Source of the DNA: Rhizodiscina lignyota
Taxonomy: Eukaryota
Assembly (NCBI GenBank): GCA_010015805.1
Contig: ML978123.1
Coordinates: 2,728,001 to 2,792,000 of the forward strand
Length of the DNA: 64,000 nt
Direction: 5' to 3'
The position numbers and the translations under genes were made by a program. Below, piece by piece: positions 37,417-50,772 of this stretch. The notes under the pieces were generated by a model, which ran no database searches, had not been told where the DNA came from, and saw nothing but the letters and a program-made list of their open reading frames with translations. The stretch's first letter is position 1, and every line of letters begins with the position of its first letter.

Positions 37417-39236
37417 ATGTCGGCCACTCGTAACAAGAGGCTATACCCTCTTGTAGCATCCATTGCTTTTGGGATCATCGCATTCTTTGGCATAGATTCC
37501 GTCTTATACGCAATACAGTCTCCGGAAGAGGCGTCTTGGATTGGCACTTCGCGATACTGGCTGGACAGGAAGGCGTGCACTTGGTTCGGAGCATGTGGTA
37601 TACAGCATATGGTGTGGAGAGAGAAGTCCCAGCAGAGCTTAGCCATCAACCCCATCGGATATAACCCGACGAACCATACCGTCGATTGGATAGACGACGA
37701 TGAACAGGATCCTTCAAAGTGGACACCAGAAGATCGTATCTTGCGTGAGATACCTCGCTATGTGCTCGATCACGCACCATACGTCCATCTTTACTCTGGA
37801 GAAGAATTCTGGCCCAGTGATATAGCAGAGCATCTCATCCATACTACTCCACGCGTCAATTACACACCAATTGACGAACAATGGCAACATCCGAATCTCT
37901 CCAACCTGTGGAAGCTCAACTACTGGGGTCGTTCCGTATATTTGCAGAGCGACGACAATGTGGAGGAACGTCCGGGATGGCTTGGCAGCAAAGAGAACAT
38001 CCCGGCGAGACCCAAGCGGAAACCGGAAGACTTGGATGACGGTGAATGGTTCCAGGGTAAGATGTACCCATGGCAATCAAACCTCAAGGAGGCACTCAAG
38101 GGTGGCGACAAATTTTTGAAGATGGGATTCGGAGACCTTAAATTCAAAGGCGGCGACCGCAAGAACCCGCCTGGGGTCTATCCTCCTGGTCAATGGGAGC
38201 ATCCATTCCCCGAGCCCGGTCCTCCACGTAGAGACGGATATAAATCTGAGCTCCGGAAGAGGCAGAACAAATCTGAGTTTCGGGAACAATGGAAGCCATC
38301 GCATCGTCTGGGCGGTCGTAGCGATGCACCAGCCGTGCTTATTGTCGTCGACAAGGGTCATGGTGTTGTCGACGCCTTCTGGTTTTTCTTTTACAGCTAC
38401 AATCTCGGCAACACCGTCTTCAATGTGCGATTCGGAAATCATGTCGGCGACTGGGAGCATACCATGGTCCGTTTCTACAATGGCGTGCCGAAGTTGGTGT
38501 TTTTCAGCGAGCATGCGGGAGGTGAGGCGTATACATACGACGCCGTCGAGCGATTTGGCAAGAGGGTAAGAAAACTGTCTCTAAAGACATATCGCCATCA
38601 ATGCTGATTGACCATCTTCCATAGCCCGTCGCCTACTCGGCAACCGGCACCCACGCGATGTACGCAACTCCCGGCGTGCACGCTTACGTCCTCCCCTTCG
38701 GCCTCCTGCACGACATCACCGACCGCGGCCCACTCTGGGACCCCACGCTCAACCTCCACGCCTACACCTACGACTACCGCAACGACACACTCCGCACATC
38801 CACCCTCACACCAAAGTCCCCGCGCGGTTGGTTCTATTTCATGGGCCACTGGGGCGACAAATTCTATCCATTAAGCGATTCTCGACAATATAGATTCGCA
38901 GGACAATACCACTACGTGAATGGGCCGCTGGGGCCAAGATTCAAGAACCTGGGGAGAAGAAAAGTGTGCCAGTGGAATGGGGAGTGCTCTATCAGAGGAT
39001 ACATCGGCGAAGCAGGAATTATCAGGCGAGGCTCACCTGTTGGAAAGGGTGATGGCGATGCGGACAACGGAAACGAGAATGACCCGGATAATCCGGCAGT
39101 GCCGGGGGATGACGATATCGTGAGGGAACTGGAGCAGTTGGAGACGGAGGGTGTGAGGTTCAAGCCTGATGGAGTTAAGGGGATGGTGGAGGATAAAGAA
39201 GATCTGGACGATAACGATGCGAAGATAGATTTTTGA
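37417..39236 (+). CDS. VPS62: Vacuolar protein sorting protein 62
   Basis: IPRYVLDHAPYVHLYSGEEFWP, AFWFFFYSYNLG, GNHVGDWEH. Intron 38566-38624 gives PVAYSATGTHAMY. N-terminal TM. Start may lie further upstream. Confidence 0.9.
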
Positions 39237-39654
39237 TTGTCGCGAAATACCCGGGGCGATGGCGGCGGAGGAGGAAGAGGAGGTAGATCATGACAGATTG
39301 GAAATGACTGACGAGACGACTGACCGATGGACCTTATCACATTTTCGAACGATGCGGATATACACCTGCACGATGCGGAGTATTGGGCTTTCTTTCCTTT
39401 ATTGATATCCCAGGGCATCCTCTTTCTGGGACTTTTGGTGCTGTCCTAAGGCATGATACACGAAAGAAAACACCTATATGGGTTTGGATGATTGTCACTC
39501 ATTGATCCGCGAGCGCTGTATATATGTTCATATTTTTCCCCATTTAGTGATAGAGCTCGACGAATACCCATTGCTTTGCTATTTGATAGAACTCTCCGGT
39601 ACAATCTCATTCTCACCTTGCAAAGTATGCCTGCGCGTGGAGAGACCGTTGTTC

Positions 39655-40185
39655 TCTGAACACATTCTGAACACGCATTAAACACCACTTTCTTAAATAT
39701 ACTTTAAACACCACTTTCATAAACATATCTTGAACATAAACACATCTTGAACACAAACATATCTTGAATATAAACACATCTTAAATATACTTTAAATATA
39801 AATATGCTTTAAATATAATATAAATATGTCTTAAACACACTTTCAATACAAACACACTTTTAATATAAATACACTTTCTTAAACACACTTTCTTAAACAC
39901 ACTTTCTTAAACACACTTTCTTAAACACACTTTCTTAAACACACTTTCTTAAACACATTCAACACAAACACACATTCAATATAAATACACTTTCTTGAAC
40001 ACACTTTATTAAACACACTTTATTGAACACACTTTATTGAATACACTTTCAACATAAATACACTTTCTTAAACACACTTTCTTGAATACACTTTCTTGAA
40101 CACACTTTATTGAACACACTTTCAGCACTGAACCTACTTTGAACACCTCTTAAGCACCGCTTTCTTGAATACCTCTTAAACACCA
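39655..40185. repeat. AT-rich compound minisatellite (14-nt RAACACACTTTCTT and ~17-nt TGAACAYAAACAYATCT units)
   Basis: Five perfect AAACACACTTTCTT copies at 39881-39950, many degenerate copies around them, and a 17-mer run at ~39731-39790. Confidence 0.95.
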
Positions 40186-40698
40186 AGCTACTCACTGCTA
40201 CACGTCGAAGAAGAATAGAAAGCAGGTCAAAATGCCAGACAGAGTACTCGGCGCCGTACACGGGTTCTGCAACTGTCACGGGGCTGGAGTTGGTCACAAT
40301 ATCCAGATAGAGGAGAAAGCATAATGTAAATGGCATCAGTCACACAAAGTCACAGGTAGAGCGATTCGAGTGGGTTGATTATTGTGCCTTCATCTAACCT
40401 GGTAGAAGAAACGTGCATCGAGCACAGATCCCGAAGCTAATGTCTAGCGGCCGAAGCCATTTCGGTCAGAGCGAAAACTCGTTCAAGAGCTAAAATCCAG
40501 GCATGAAGCCTCGCCTGCGGATACCCTCTCGCCGTCTCCGCCTGCGAAGCCTTGTATTGTGCCCGGCGACGAAGGCTTCTAAGAATGGCTGCGGCATATT
40601 TCATGCTCAGGAAGTTGGAGCGATACAGGTGCTTGCGTTATCTGCTATTGGTATCCGCTGTTGTGATTGGTATTGTGGAGGTAGAGACTGAGGCTCCC

Positions 40699-41665
40699 TC
40701 ATCCGTTCTCTTCTCTTGATGTCGAGTTCCCCTTTGACGGCTTGAAAACGTCGTACACGCTCTGCTGTCCTTTCGATGCGAGCTTGAGGTTCGAGAATCG
40801 AGCTTCTGGGAGCCGCTTTCCCGCTTTGATGCTCTCAATGACCCTGTAGAATCACAAGTCAGCTTGAGGATGGTCCGTGATAACGCTCGTCGCGCCTTCT
40901 GTGTACATACCATTCTGGTCCGACAAACTTGATGCCCTTCCCACCGACTCTTGTAACTTCTTTCTGTATCTTCCCTCCCGCAAGGCCCCCACCAACTCCT
41001 CCTTGTCTGCAGTTAGTGCCTAATATGACATGTGTAATGGATCGTCTGCCAAGCGCTATCGACATTCTCGCACCATGTTCAGCAAGGAGACGTTTCAATT
41101 TGTGGTCGGAGATGAGAGGAGCAGTCGAGCCATTGATGTAGATGCAGAGATCATCGAAAATCTGCTTCTTCTTCTTCGGTTGAGAGTTCTCACTCGTCGC
41201 TAGCGATGCATCTAGCTCGAGATTCGCATCGATTGACGGTGCTTCAAGCGGGGTGGCGTTCGATTGCTTTGTCGCTGGAGTCGAAGTAACACTCGCCTTC
41301 GAACTCTTCGCACCCATGGCTTCCAGTATACTCCTCTGCCCTTGCGCTCTTAGCCCACTGGCTCCCTTCTGCCAGCCTCCATTGGGCTTGCGCCCATCAT
41401 TGCCGAAGTTCTCGCTGCCCGCTCCCACGGTGTCATACAGCCTCTCCCCACCAGACTGTCCAGCACTGAACTGAGCGGACAGCTTCCTCGAGCGTGAATC
41501 GCGCCATGCTGTGCTTCTTGACAGTGGGTTGTCCGCAACTTGATGGCCGGTGGAGGTGGAATTGTAAATGTCGACGAACGTGCGCGTTGGCTGCGCGGCG
41601 GGTGTGGCGTCAAGCTTTTTAGGGCGCGAGGGCTTCGACGCGTGCGACGGGGCGTTTGAGGACAT
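40699..41665 (-). CDS. Small stand-alone BRCT-domain protein (Rev1-type BRCT)
   Basis: IFDDLCIYINGSTAPLISDHKLKRLLAEHGA, THVILG. Intron 40844-40910 gives PEWVIESIKAGKRLPEARF. Confidence 0.85.
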
Positions 41666-42279
41666 CCTGACTCGCGCAGTCACGGGAAGTTCGAAAGAAG
41701 GCAAGTGATGAATATGGAAGTCAAGGCATTTCTTTCATGCTTTCGTGATGATTTGGATAGTAGGTAGTAGCCGTCAAGCGCGATCAAATAACTAGTGTCA
41801 CTCCTAACAACCTAGGTAACTTCCTAACGTAGCCGCCCGTCGCTAACGACACGCGACCTTGCTGGCACGGCAACATCCACTCAGCTACGAGCTACAGTAA
41901 AACTCTTCCTCAAGCTCCCGCAACAAGGCGAAAGCGTCAATGAAAAGATGAAGGTAGCCAGCAAAAATTGCGCCGGTGAAGCCCCCGAAGGAGATTCATA
42001 CCAGTGCCACTCCGCGTTGTGCAATGCAGGCGGCACTGACAGAACGACCGTCTTCTTGATCACGGTGTTCCCAACAAGGTAAGTATGAGAAGAAAGGAAA
42101 GGGCGATTGGGAAGGGAGGAAGGGCTGTTTATATAGGGAGGAAAAAGGAGCTTGGGCCAATTGAAAGCGGGGCCAGCTCTAGGCGGAAGCCGGAGCAAGA
42201 TTCGCCGGTCCGGGGTCATTTCTGGAAATTTTCTGAACGAGCAGCGGCCACTGTGGAAACACGCTTCACAGAAGACAAA

Positions 42280-44049
42280 ATGGGCAAACGTTCAAGAGAG
42301 GATGCTCATGGGGCGACCCAAGAGCCGGGCGACGACGTTAACGCCGCTCCGGTGAAGAAAGTAAAGAAAGAAAAGTCGGAAAAGGGCAAGGAAGTCAGGC
42401 GTCTAGCAAAAGCCGCTCGAAAGGCGGAGAAAGAGAAGCGCAAGGCGGACAGAGCCAAGCGCAGGGCAGAGAAGTCGAGAGAAAATGCCCTGAGAAACCG
42501 TTCAAGAGCTGCGGCGGAGAAATTGGAAGCGGCCGGTACGGATACGGCGGAGAGCATTGCCAATCCCTCGCTCGATTCCTCCGTTGCGCCCTCGAAAGGA
42601 ACATCCTCAGCGACCAGTCCTGAGGCAGATCCTACTCGAACGTTGCCTCAAAAGATTCCAGAGGAAGCATCGGCATATTCAGAAGACGCTGCACTTTCTG
42701 CACTTCCACAAGCTGACATCGACGCATTTCTCTCGACCCATCATATTACGATTGCCGACCCTCTCAGCCAGTCGCTCACGCTTCGACCAATCACCCAATT
42801 CTCCCATCTCCCGATCAACGACGAAAGTCTGAAAGCTCCCTTCGCTTCCTTCAAATCCCCTACACCTATACAGGCAGCAGCATGGCCATCGCTTTTCGCC
42901 GGCAGAGATGTGATTGGCGTGGCAGAGACGGGCTCGGGAAAGACGCTCGCATTTGGCGTGCCATGCGTGGTCCACATCCTTTCTCTCGAAAAGAAAAAGG
43001 GCCCCGGCGCAGTGATCGTGTCACCAACCCGTGAACTTGCTCTCCAAATCCAAGACCAGCTATCCTCGCTCGCAAAGATCAAGGGATTAACAGTGTCTTG
43101 CATCTACGGTGGCGTCCCAAAGGATGACCAGCGAGTTGCTTTGAAGAAATCCAACATCATCGTCGCAACGCCGGGCCGCCTGAACGATCTCCTGGGCGAG
43201 GAAGGTGCAAGCTCCTCTCTCAAGAAGGCGAAATATCTCGTTCTGGATGAAGCGGATCGCATGCTGGACAAGGGGTTCGAAGAGGACATTCGCAAAATTG
43301 TCGCCTCAACGGCGCCTGCGGACAAGCGACAAACCCTCATGTTCACGGCGACCTGGCCGCCTTCGGTGCGCGAGTTGGCCGCCACCTTCATGAAAAGCCC
43401 TGTGCGCATCTCGATCGGGGAGGACAATCCGAACGGCGAGCTCCGCGCGAATACTCGTATTGCCCAGACTGTCGAGGTGGTAGACCCACGCGCAAAGGAG
43501 ACGAGGTTGCTGCAATTGCTGAAGCAGAACCTTGCAGGCAAAATGAAGGATGATCGAATATTGGTATTCTGCCTATACAAGAAAGAGGCTACGCGTGTGG
43601 AGGAGTTCATCCGTTCGCGTGGTTTCCGTGTTGCGGGCATTCATGGAGACCTAAGTCAGGCACAGCGAATTGCGAGCCTTGACGCGTTCAAAACAGGCAA
43701 AGTGCCCCTGCTTGTGGCTACCGATGTAGCAGCACGAGGGCTTGATATACCTGCCGTGAAGCTGGTCATCAATGTGACGTTTCCACTTACTGCAGAAGAC
43801 TACGTGCATCGCATTGGAAGAACGGGACGCGCGGGTAAGGAGGGCAGGGCAATCACTCTGTTCACGGAACACGACAAAGCACTTTCAGGAGCACTTATCA
43901 ATGTTATGAAAGCGGCGGGACAGCCTGTGCCGGCAGAGTTGATGAAATTCGGTACGACGGTCAAGAAGAAGGCCCATGATGCTTATGGGGCTTTCTATAA
44001 AGACCCTGGAGATATGAAAAAGCCTACGAGGATCACGTTTGATGATTAA
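42280..44049 (+). CDS. DBP3: DEAD-box RNA helicase Dbp3 (60S biogenesis)
   Basis: [37 protein letters not shown]-terminal [17 protein letters not shown]...ITFDD. Confidence 0.95.
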   Translation: MGKRSREDAHGATQEPGDDVNAAPVKKVKKEKSEKGKEVRRLAKAARKAEKEKRKADRAKRRAEKSRENALRNRSRAAAEKLEAAGTDTAESIANPSLDSSVAPSKGTSSATSPEADPTRTLPQKIPEEASAYSEDAALSALPQADIDAFLSTHHITIADPLSQSLTLRPITQFSHLPINDESLKAPFASFKSPTPIQAAAWPSLFAGRDVIGVAETGSGKTLAFGVPCVVHILSLEKKKGPGAVIVSPTRELALQIQDQLSSLAKIKGLTVSCIYGGVPKDDQRVALKKSNIIVATPGRLNDLLGEEGASSSLKKAKYLVLDEADRMLDKGFEEDIRKIVASTAPADKRQTLMFTATWPPSVRELAATFMKSPVRISIGEDNPNGELRANTRIAQTVEVVDPRAKETRLLQLLKQNLAGKMKDDRILVFCLYKKEATRVEEFIRSRGFRVAGIHGDLSQAQRIASLDAFKTGKVPLLVATDVAARGLDIPAVKLVINVTFPLTAEDYVHRIGRTGRAGKEGRAITLFTEHDKALSGALINVMKAAGQPVPAELMKFGTTVKKKAHDAYGAFYKDPGDMKKPTRITFDD

Positions 44050-44157
44050 ATGGTCATGGCAGTATGCTTGCATATAGACCGGCGTCCGGAGATGCTTTGA
44101 GTCCATGAAAAATGTATATACCTTATCGAACCGCTGGAAAACTTTCAAATAAAATGG

Positions 44158-45708
44158 TCATCCCTGGTCTAAATCTCTCCCATATGCTCTCCACCACAAT
44201 CCAATATTTGCGGCCACCAGCAGATCCATCATTTTAAGGCCTTCGTCCTCAATAATCAACTTGCCCAGTTTCGCCTGCTTCCCCGTGGCACCGCCTCCGG
44301 CCAGCTCCTGCCCAAGCCTCAGATCCATTGAACTTCCGCCAAAGCCGTCATCTTCCCAGTCCTCTCTGTCAACATGACCAACAGATAACGCCTTACGGGC
44401 GTGCGGACGCCGAAGAGGAGATCTCCGAATATGAGAGGTAATCGAAGTTTGAGATGATGACTTGGTATGGCTAGGCCTGGAAGGGAGGTTAAAGCGCAGT
44501 TCGCTAACTTGGACTGGCTCTTGCGCAGAGGCGAAGCCATTCCTGGAGGGTAGGCGATGCCGACATTTCAACGACGTCCCTATCGTGCTCTCTGAGAATT
44601 CGCATCGACCTTGCCAGGGACTGAGGAAGGTGTAGCCTTTAGTGCCAGAGCGTTTCGCACCACTGGCGACCAAGCGTCCACCTTGTTGTAGACCCGATAC
44701 TCCGCTCTCGGCGCTGTGCATGGAATATTCCCCGCTGCTGCGAAGATCGAGGCTCGATCTGAGGGGCTCTTCGCTTCGTAACGAGTCTGTAGAGTCGGTG
44801 TTTCGATTGCGGCCGATGAAATGGGATCCTTCCATCCACATACGCCGGCGGAACAGTCCATCATCTGATGCCATAGATGAAGTCTGACTGCTGGTCATTG
44901 AATGTTCTAGTGATGGCAAGGTGTCTGGCGTTCGCCGAGCTGAAGTTATATTTCCCGCAGGGAAAGATGGAGACCTTTCGCTCAAGAACTTGTCGTATCC
45001 GGGGTTATGGATCTCCATGTAAATGGGAGAACCGGCTGCTTTTGTACTTGATGAACCTGGATTTCGTATGCTTTCAGATGAAACTGCATGAACAGGCGGG
45101 TCCATGATATTTGCTACATTCCACTGTGCGCCGGACGCAGGATCTCGTCTAACGAGTATTACGGACGGAACTGTAGGCTCCACGTCTGCTAATGATCCCG
45201 TACCGGTTGAGGCCATCCCGGGACGAGGAGGGAGAGGTGGCTGTACAAGTTTTCGAGAGGGCAGTACTGGCTTCCTAGCGATAGATGGAGCGTTACCATA
45301 TGGCCCATCATACTGTTCCGGTGTCGGTGGAAGAGGCCTGTGGACGCCCTGGAGCTTGTGGCTGGCCCTCAAGTCATCCTGCGCCTTCGCAAGTAGTTTT
45401 GCATCACCAGGTCCAGGGACATGCACGTAGTACAAGCAACTTTCGACGTCTGCGGCGGCTACTGTCTTTGCCCTCGGCTTCAACGGTGTGAGAAATACAT
45501 CTGTTGCTGCTTAGCGACGTTCCGGAGCTTCCATGATGTGGCAACCCCTACCTCGACTTCCTGGAACGCGGGCCAAATACAGTACTAAAGGTTCTTTGAC
45601 TCTATGTGAAGGGTCTCTGGGATGCAGCGGGGGATTTGCAGCCAAAGCTGTGAGAGTTGATAATGAGTTCGCCTGGACGGCGAATGGAGGCTCCAACGAA
45701 GCATTCAT
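44158..45708 (-). CDS. Uncharacterised fungal protein
   Basis: Exon ending LVLYLARVPGSR, intron 45501-45551, then DVFLTPLKP. C-terminal LGQELAGGG..GKQAKLGKLII..EGLKMMDLLVAAN. Start uncertain. Confidence 0.75.
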
Positions 45709-46293
45709 GTTGGAGGAAACACTAAGAGAGAGTAGTTACCTGTGAGGCGAAGGGTTCATCATTAACATGAGGTGTCAATGGCAATTAAATTAAAGACGAA
45801 ATTAGGTGGCTTAAAGTTCAGGAGCAGCAGCAGCGAGCATCCGCAGATGTCCATGGCGGTTGCCTTGTTAAGCACCTTTTGCGTGTCTCGCGAGGCTGTG
45901 TTGCCGCGCTGGAGGTGGCAGGACGGCGAAAAGCCTCCTCTTAAAATGGTAGTATTGCGTTGCTCCCCTTGGCATACTCTATGTAGCGAACAGCTACGGG
46001 GAAGAACCAATCATAATTTCATCTCAACCTATAGAGAGTAAATTGCGGAAACAAGACTTGCTTGCGGAGTGCTGCAGCTGCAGACAAATAAACGTACCTT
46101 TTGGGGCTTAGCGTTGCAGCATTTGAACTTCGACTCTCACTCTTCGGTGCCAAGATTTCTTCCCACCGACCACAATTTTTCGAAATCGTACCGTCACCAG
46201 CCACACAGCGTGCGACACCCTTTTTTTCTACCTTTGTCACGAAGAACAGTCTCACAGGGGTAATACATCACACTTCTTACTCCGGATATCGCA

Positions 46294-48017
46294 ATGGGCG
46301 ACGAAGTCGAGGTACAATTGCTTCACCGCAACCCCACCGTCACGCAAACGCTAACACCACCTTAAGGAACGGCTCAAGAGCCACCCCAAAGCCTTCGAAG
46401 GCCTAATGTCCCTAATTCCTGCCAAGCTCTATTATGGTGAAGATACAAGTGTATGTCTCAATACGCTATTGTTCTGCGGCCCCAGCCACCTATTTACATG
46501 TGCCACAATAGGATCAATGGCAGCGCAAAAAGCAAACCAAGGAACAGAAACGCGCCGCACAGAAAGCAAAGCGAGACCCAGCATCACAGAAAAGTGCGAA
46601 AGACATTATGGACGAGAACGAACGAAAGCGTAAGCGGGAGATTGGAATGGAGGACGAGGAGGACGTCTACGATTTCAACGAACCTGGCATTGAGAAACCC
46701 CGAGAAGGCTTGAAGGGCACAAATCGGAAGAACAAGAAGCAGAAGACGGAGCTTGGTGAAGAGAAGGCTGATCAAGGTGAAAACAATGCCGCCGAGGCCA
46801 CCGAGGAGGGCATCTCCGAGAAGCAAAGAAAGAAAGCTGAGAAGAGGAAGGAGAAGGCTCAGAGGAAGAAGGAAAAAGCCGATCGAAAGAAAGAGAGAGC
46901 AGAGAAGAAGAAGGCGAAGCAGGTGACGGGAAAAGCTCAATCCGAGCCTGCGACCAGCGAGGAGCAGGACACCGTACCAGCGCAGAAGGATGAGCCTGTA
47001 ACTGCGGCAGCCCAGCAACCCGAGGACATGGATACAGGCGACATGGGCGAAGTCGATATTTCTGGACTACAAGAGCAAAACCACGAAGACTCTGCATCTC
47101 CCTCACCTGCAGCTGAGTCGCCACGTTCCGAAGAATCCGCTCACATCTCTACCTCTTCTATCTCTTCGATTCTACCTACTGCGACAGCCAACGATCCTGA
47201 AAAACTCGACAAGCCCGACAAGCCTGACAAGCTTATCATTCCCCCCAATTTCGATCATGAAGCGCTCCAGGCTCGGCTTCAAGCGCGCATTGATGCCTTG
47301 CGAGCAGCTCGCAAAGCAGATGGTCTTGACGGCAAGCCAGCGCGGAACAGACAGGAGCTCCTTGAAGCACGCCGTCGGAAGGAAGAGCAGCGCAGAGCGA
47401 GTAAGAAGGAGGCGCGGAAGATGGCGAAGGAAGATGAAATACGGTTGAAGGCCGAAGAGGAGTTGGCACGGTTGCGCGGATCCGGCTCCCCTTCGACACC
47501 GGACATATTTTCACCGCCCGAAAACAACTTCTCGTTTGGACGTATCGCTTTTACGGATGGTCAACAGGTGAATTCAGGCTTGTCCGGCATAATGGACATT
47601 AGGAAGCGGAAAGGGCCCCAAGATGCACGCACTGCACTTCAAGCTGCTCAGAAGAAGCACTCGCGTCTCAGCGGACTCGACGACGAGAAGAAGGCGGACA
47701 TAGAGGAGAAGGACCTGTGGCTCAATGCAAAGAAGAAGGCTCACGGCGAGCGCGTCAGGGACGACATGTCGTTGTTGCAGAAGGCGTTGAAGCGCAAGCA
47801 GAAGGCCAAGGCGAAGAGCGAGAAAGAGTGGACTGATAGGATCCAGGGCGTGGAGAAGGGCAAAGAGATGAAGCAGAAGAGGAGAGAGGACAATCTGCAG
47901 AAGCGGAGAGAGGAGAAAGGCGGAAAGGGAAAGGGAAAGAACAAGGTCGTCAAGAAGAAAGGCAGGCCAGGATTCGAAGGATCTTTCAGGTCTTCAGTGA
48001 AGATCAGGACAAACTAG
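46294..48017 (+). CDS. RRP14: Ribosome biogenesis protein Rrp14 (SURF6 family)
   Basis: Exons MGDEVE / ERLKSH.KAFEGLMSLIPAKLYY / DQWQRKKQTKE (introns 46312-46366, 46451-46511). C-terminal SURF6 region DD..LL.KALKRK, RPGFEG. Confidence 0.92.
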
Positions 48018-48386
48018 ACTGTGGTATATGTGCATACGGGATATTAACAGCATCGGACGTTCTCGAGATCCACATTAGGATACGGATCAGTGTCTTGTAG
48101 CTGTACAGATTCGAGTCTTATCTTCGACTCTCATAACTTCGAAGGTGCTTTGGGAATAGTTTGGCGGTGCTTTCGGAGTGCTCTCAAGGAAAGTCGTCGT
48201 CGCCACAGTCTGGCGTCTTACTCGCTCGAGCGCGAGCACCATTACATATATCAATGACATTGCTTAACCTCAACTGAAACGGTTTGGTATTGTAGTACAC
48301 GCATGTATCAAGTGAAAGCAGCTGTGCTCTAATGCAGTGTGATATGTACAATGCCGTTTAATGAACCCATTCTTGAACGGCCATCA

Positions 48387-49173
<787 letters not shown>

Positions 49174-49537
49174 TGTGGGCGTTGTGGTGGTGGTGGCCAA
49201 ATTGTTCGCGAGGTTGTGATGTTAGCAAGGTTAGCTCCAGCGTAATCGAGCGGCAGGTGATTGGCTGTTGCAAAAGCTTCGAGAATAACAAAAGATCCAG
49301 CGAGAACCTTTGCGCAAATGCTGGAGAATATATAAGAGGGTGAGAATTAACGGCACATGCGTCACATTAGAGGGATCGGAATACTATATCAATTCAAAGT
49401 TTGGTTCAATCACGTGACTGATATTGCAACCCCCGGCTTGGCGTCCAAGCTTCCGCCGTCATGAAAATCCAAAGCTATATCTCCTGGGTAAACTCACTCA
49501 CTCCACCAAACAGAATCTCCTCGACAGCTGTCTGAAT
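49174..49537. promoter_or_regulatory. Putative bidirectional promoter shared by NDUFS8 and mitochondrial ACP
   Basis: 364-bp divergent spacer with ATTGG (CCAAT) at ~49260, TATATAA at ~49329 and TCACGTGA at ~49410. Confidence 0.5.
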
Positions 49538-50215
49538 ATGTGGCGCCGTGCACTCCTGAACTCCAGCCGAGCTGCTGCTCAATCTTCCCTCCGCATACGA
49601 GCTCCAATTGCTCAGCGCGTCGTTCCGTCCGTCACACGAAGAGTCCAAAGAGACGTTCCTGTAGCGTGCTTCCAGTCTATCAGATGTTACTCTTCAGGCG
49701 GAGGTCTGTCGAAAGAGGAGGTAGAGGGCAGGATACTGGACCTGTTGAAGAACTTTGACAAGGTAAGCGCTATTCACGCGTTTGCTCAAGCCGAAATGCT
49801 GACTTTGATACAGGTCACGGATGCGTCCAAGGTATATTATCTTCGTCCTCTCACCATAACAAGCTCGAGACTCACAAGTCCAACAGTTGTCGCCAACATC
49901 ACACTTCACGAACGACCTCGGTCTCGACAGTCTGGATACAGTAGAGGTTGTGATGGCCATAGAAGAGGTGGGAGACTAGAATCACTCGAATCATTGTTTA
50001 CAGCTCACGATAGAGTAGGAATTTAGCATCGAGATTCCGGATAAGGAGGCTGATGCGATCCACACTGGTTTGTTCAAGGTCAGGCACATTGAAGGAATGG
50101 ATACTAATAGTGTACCAGTGGACAAGGCCGTCAACTACATTCTCAGCCAACCCGATGGCAAGTAGACCGTAGTGAGGTGTGTAGAGCCATACTAACAGCA
50201 GTCACAGCCCATTAA
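49538..50215 (+). CDS. ACP1: Mitochondrial acyl carrier protein (complex I SDAP/NDUFAB1)
   Basis: DLGLDSLDTVEVVMAIEEEF phosphopantetheine motif. Introns 49763-49813, 49832-49886, 49968-50018, 50068-50118 and GC-AG 50158-50207. Confidence 0.95.
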
Positions 50216-50772
50216 GCGCCAAGAAGAAGTAGAGGTCGGGCGAGAGTCTAAGGATGGGAGGGAGGACATGTGAGCGGTCTCCGTGGACGCATTGTACATT
50301 TTGCCGCGGGAACAATTAGTCCTCGGAAGAGCTCTCCAATCGTGTACTATGAAATAGATAAAGCTTTCTGTCCTGGTTGGCATTTCTTTCCGATGCTCGT
50401 GCTGGCGTGACTTGTTACTCGGCTTCATATCTTCCCCATCGTGGAATGCCTCGAGCCAGTGCTAGAGTCGAGCTACGCCAAGCGAATCTCCTTATGCACG
50501 TTCAGGCAGCGCTTTGACCTCGAAACAAATTCACGATCAGAAAAATTATGCGCAACGTGCGGATTCGCCAATTCAACGACCATTACAATTGACCCCTCTA
50601 TTATTTCAGCCTTGACATGACTTGAGAGCGTCTCGCCCCTCCGTGTCCGCGCGCGCATGCGACCTACTGCCCACTTTGCGCAACCTCAACCTTCGTAACC
50701 CACGCCTCACGCCGAACAAGGACCTCACCGCCCAACACACTTTCGACGATCGCTACCAGTCACACACCCACC

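Noticed and set aside
39655..40185. CRISPR array or telomeric repeat
   Set aside because: No unique spacers, eukaryotic context, and the unit is not TTAGGG-like.
42085..42279. 65-aa N-terminal extension of DBP3
   Set aside because: The region contains TATA-like and RRPE-like promoter sequence, and ATG 42280 (MGKRSR) has a good context.
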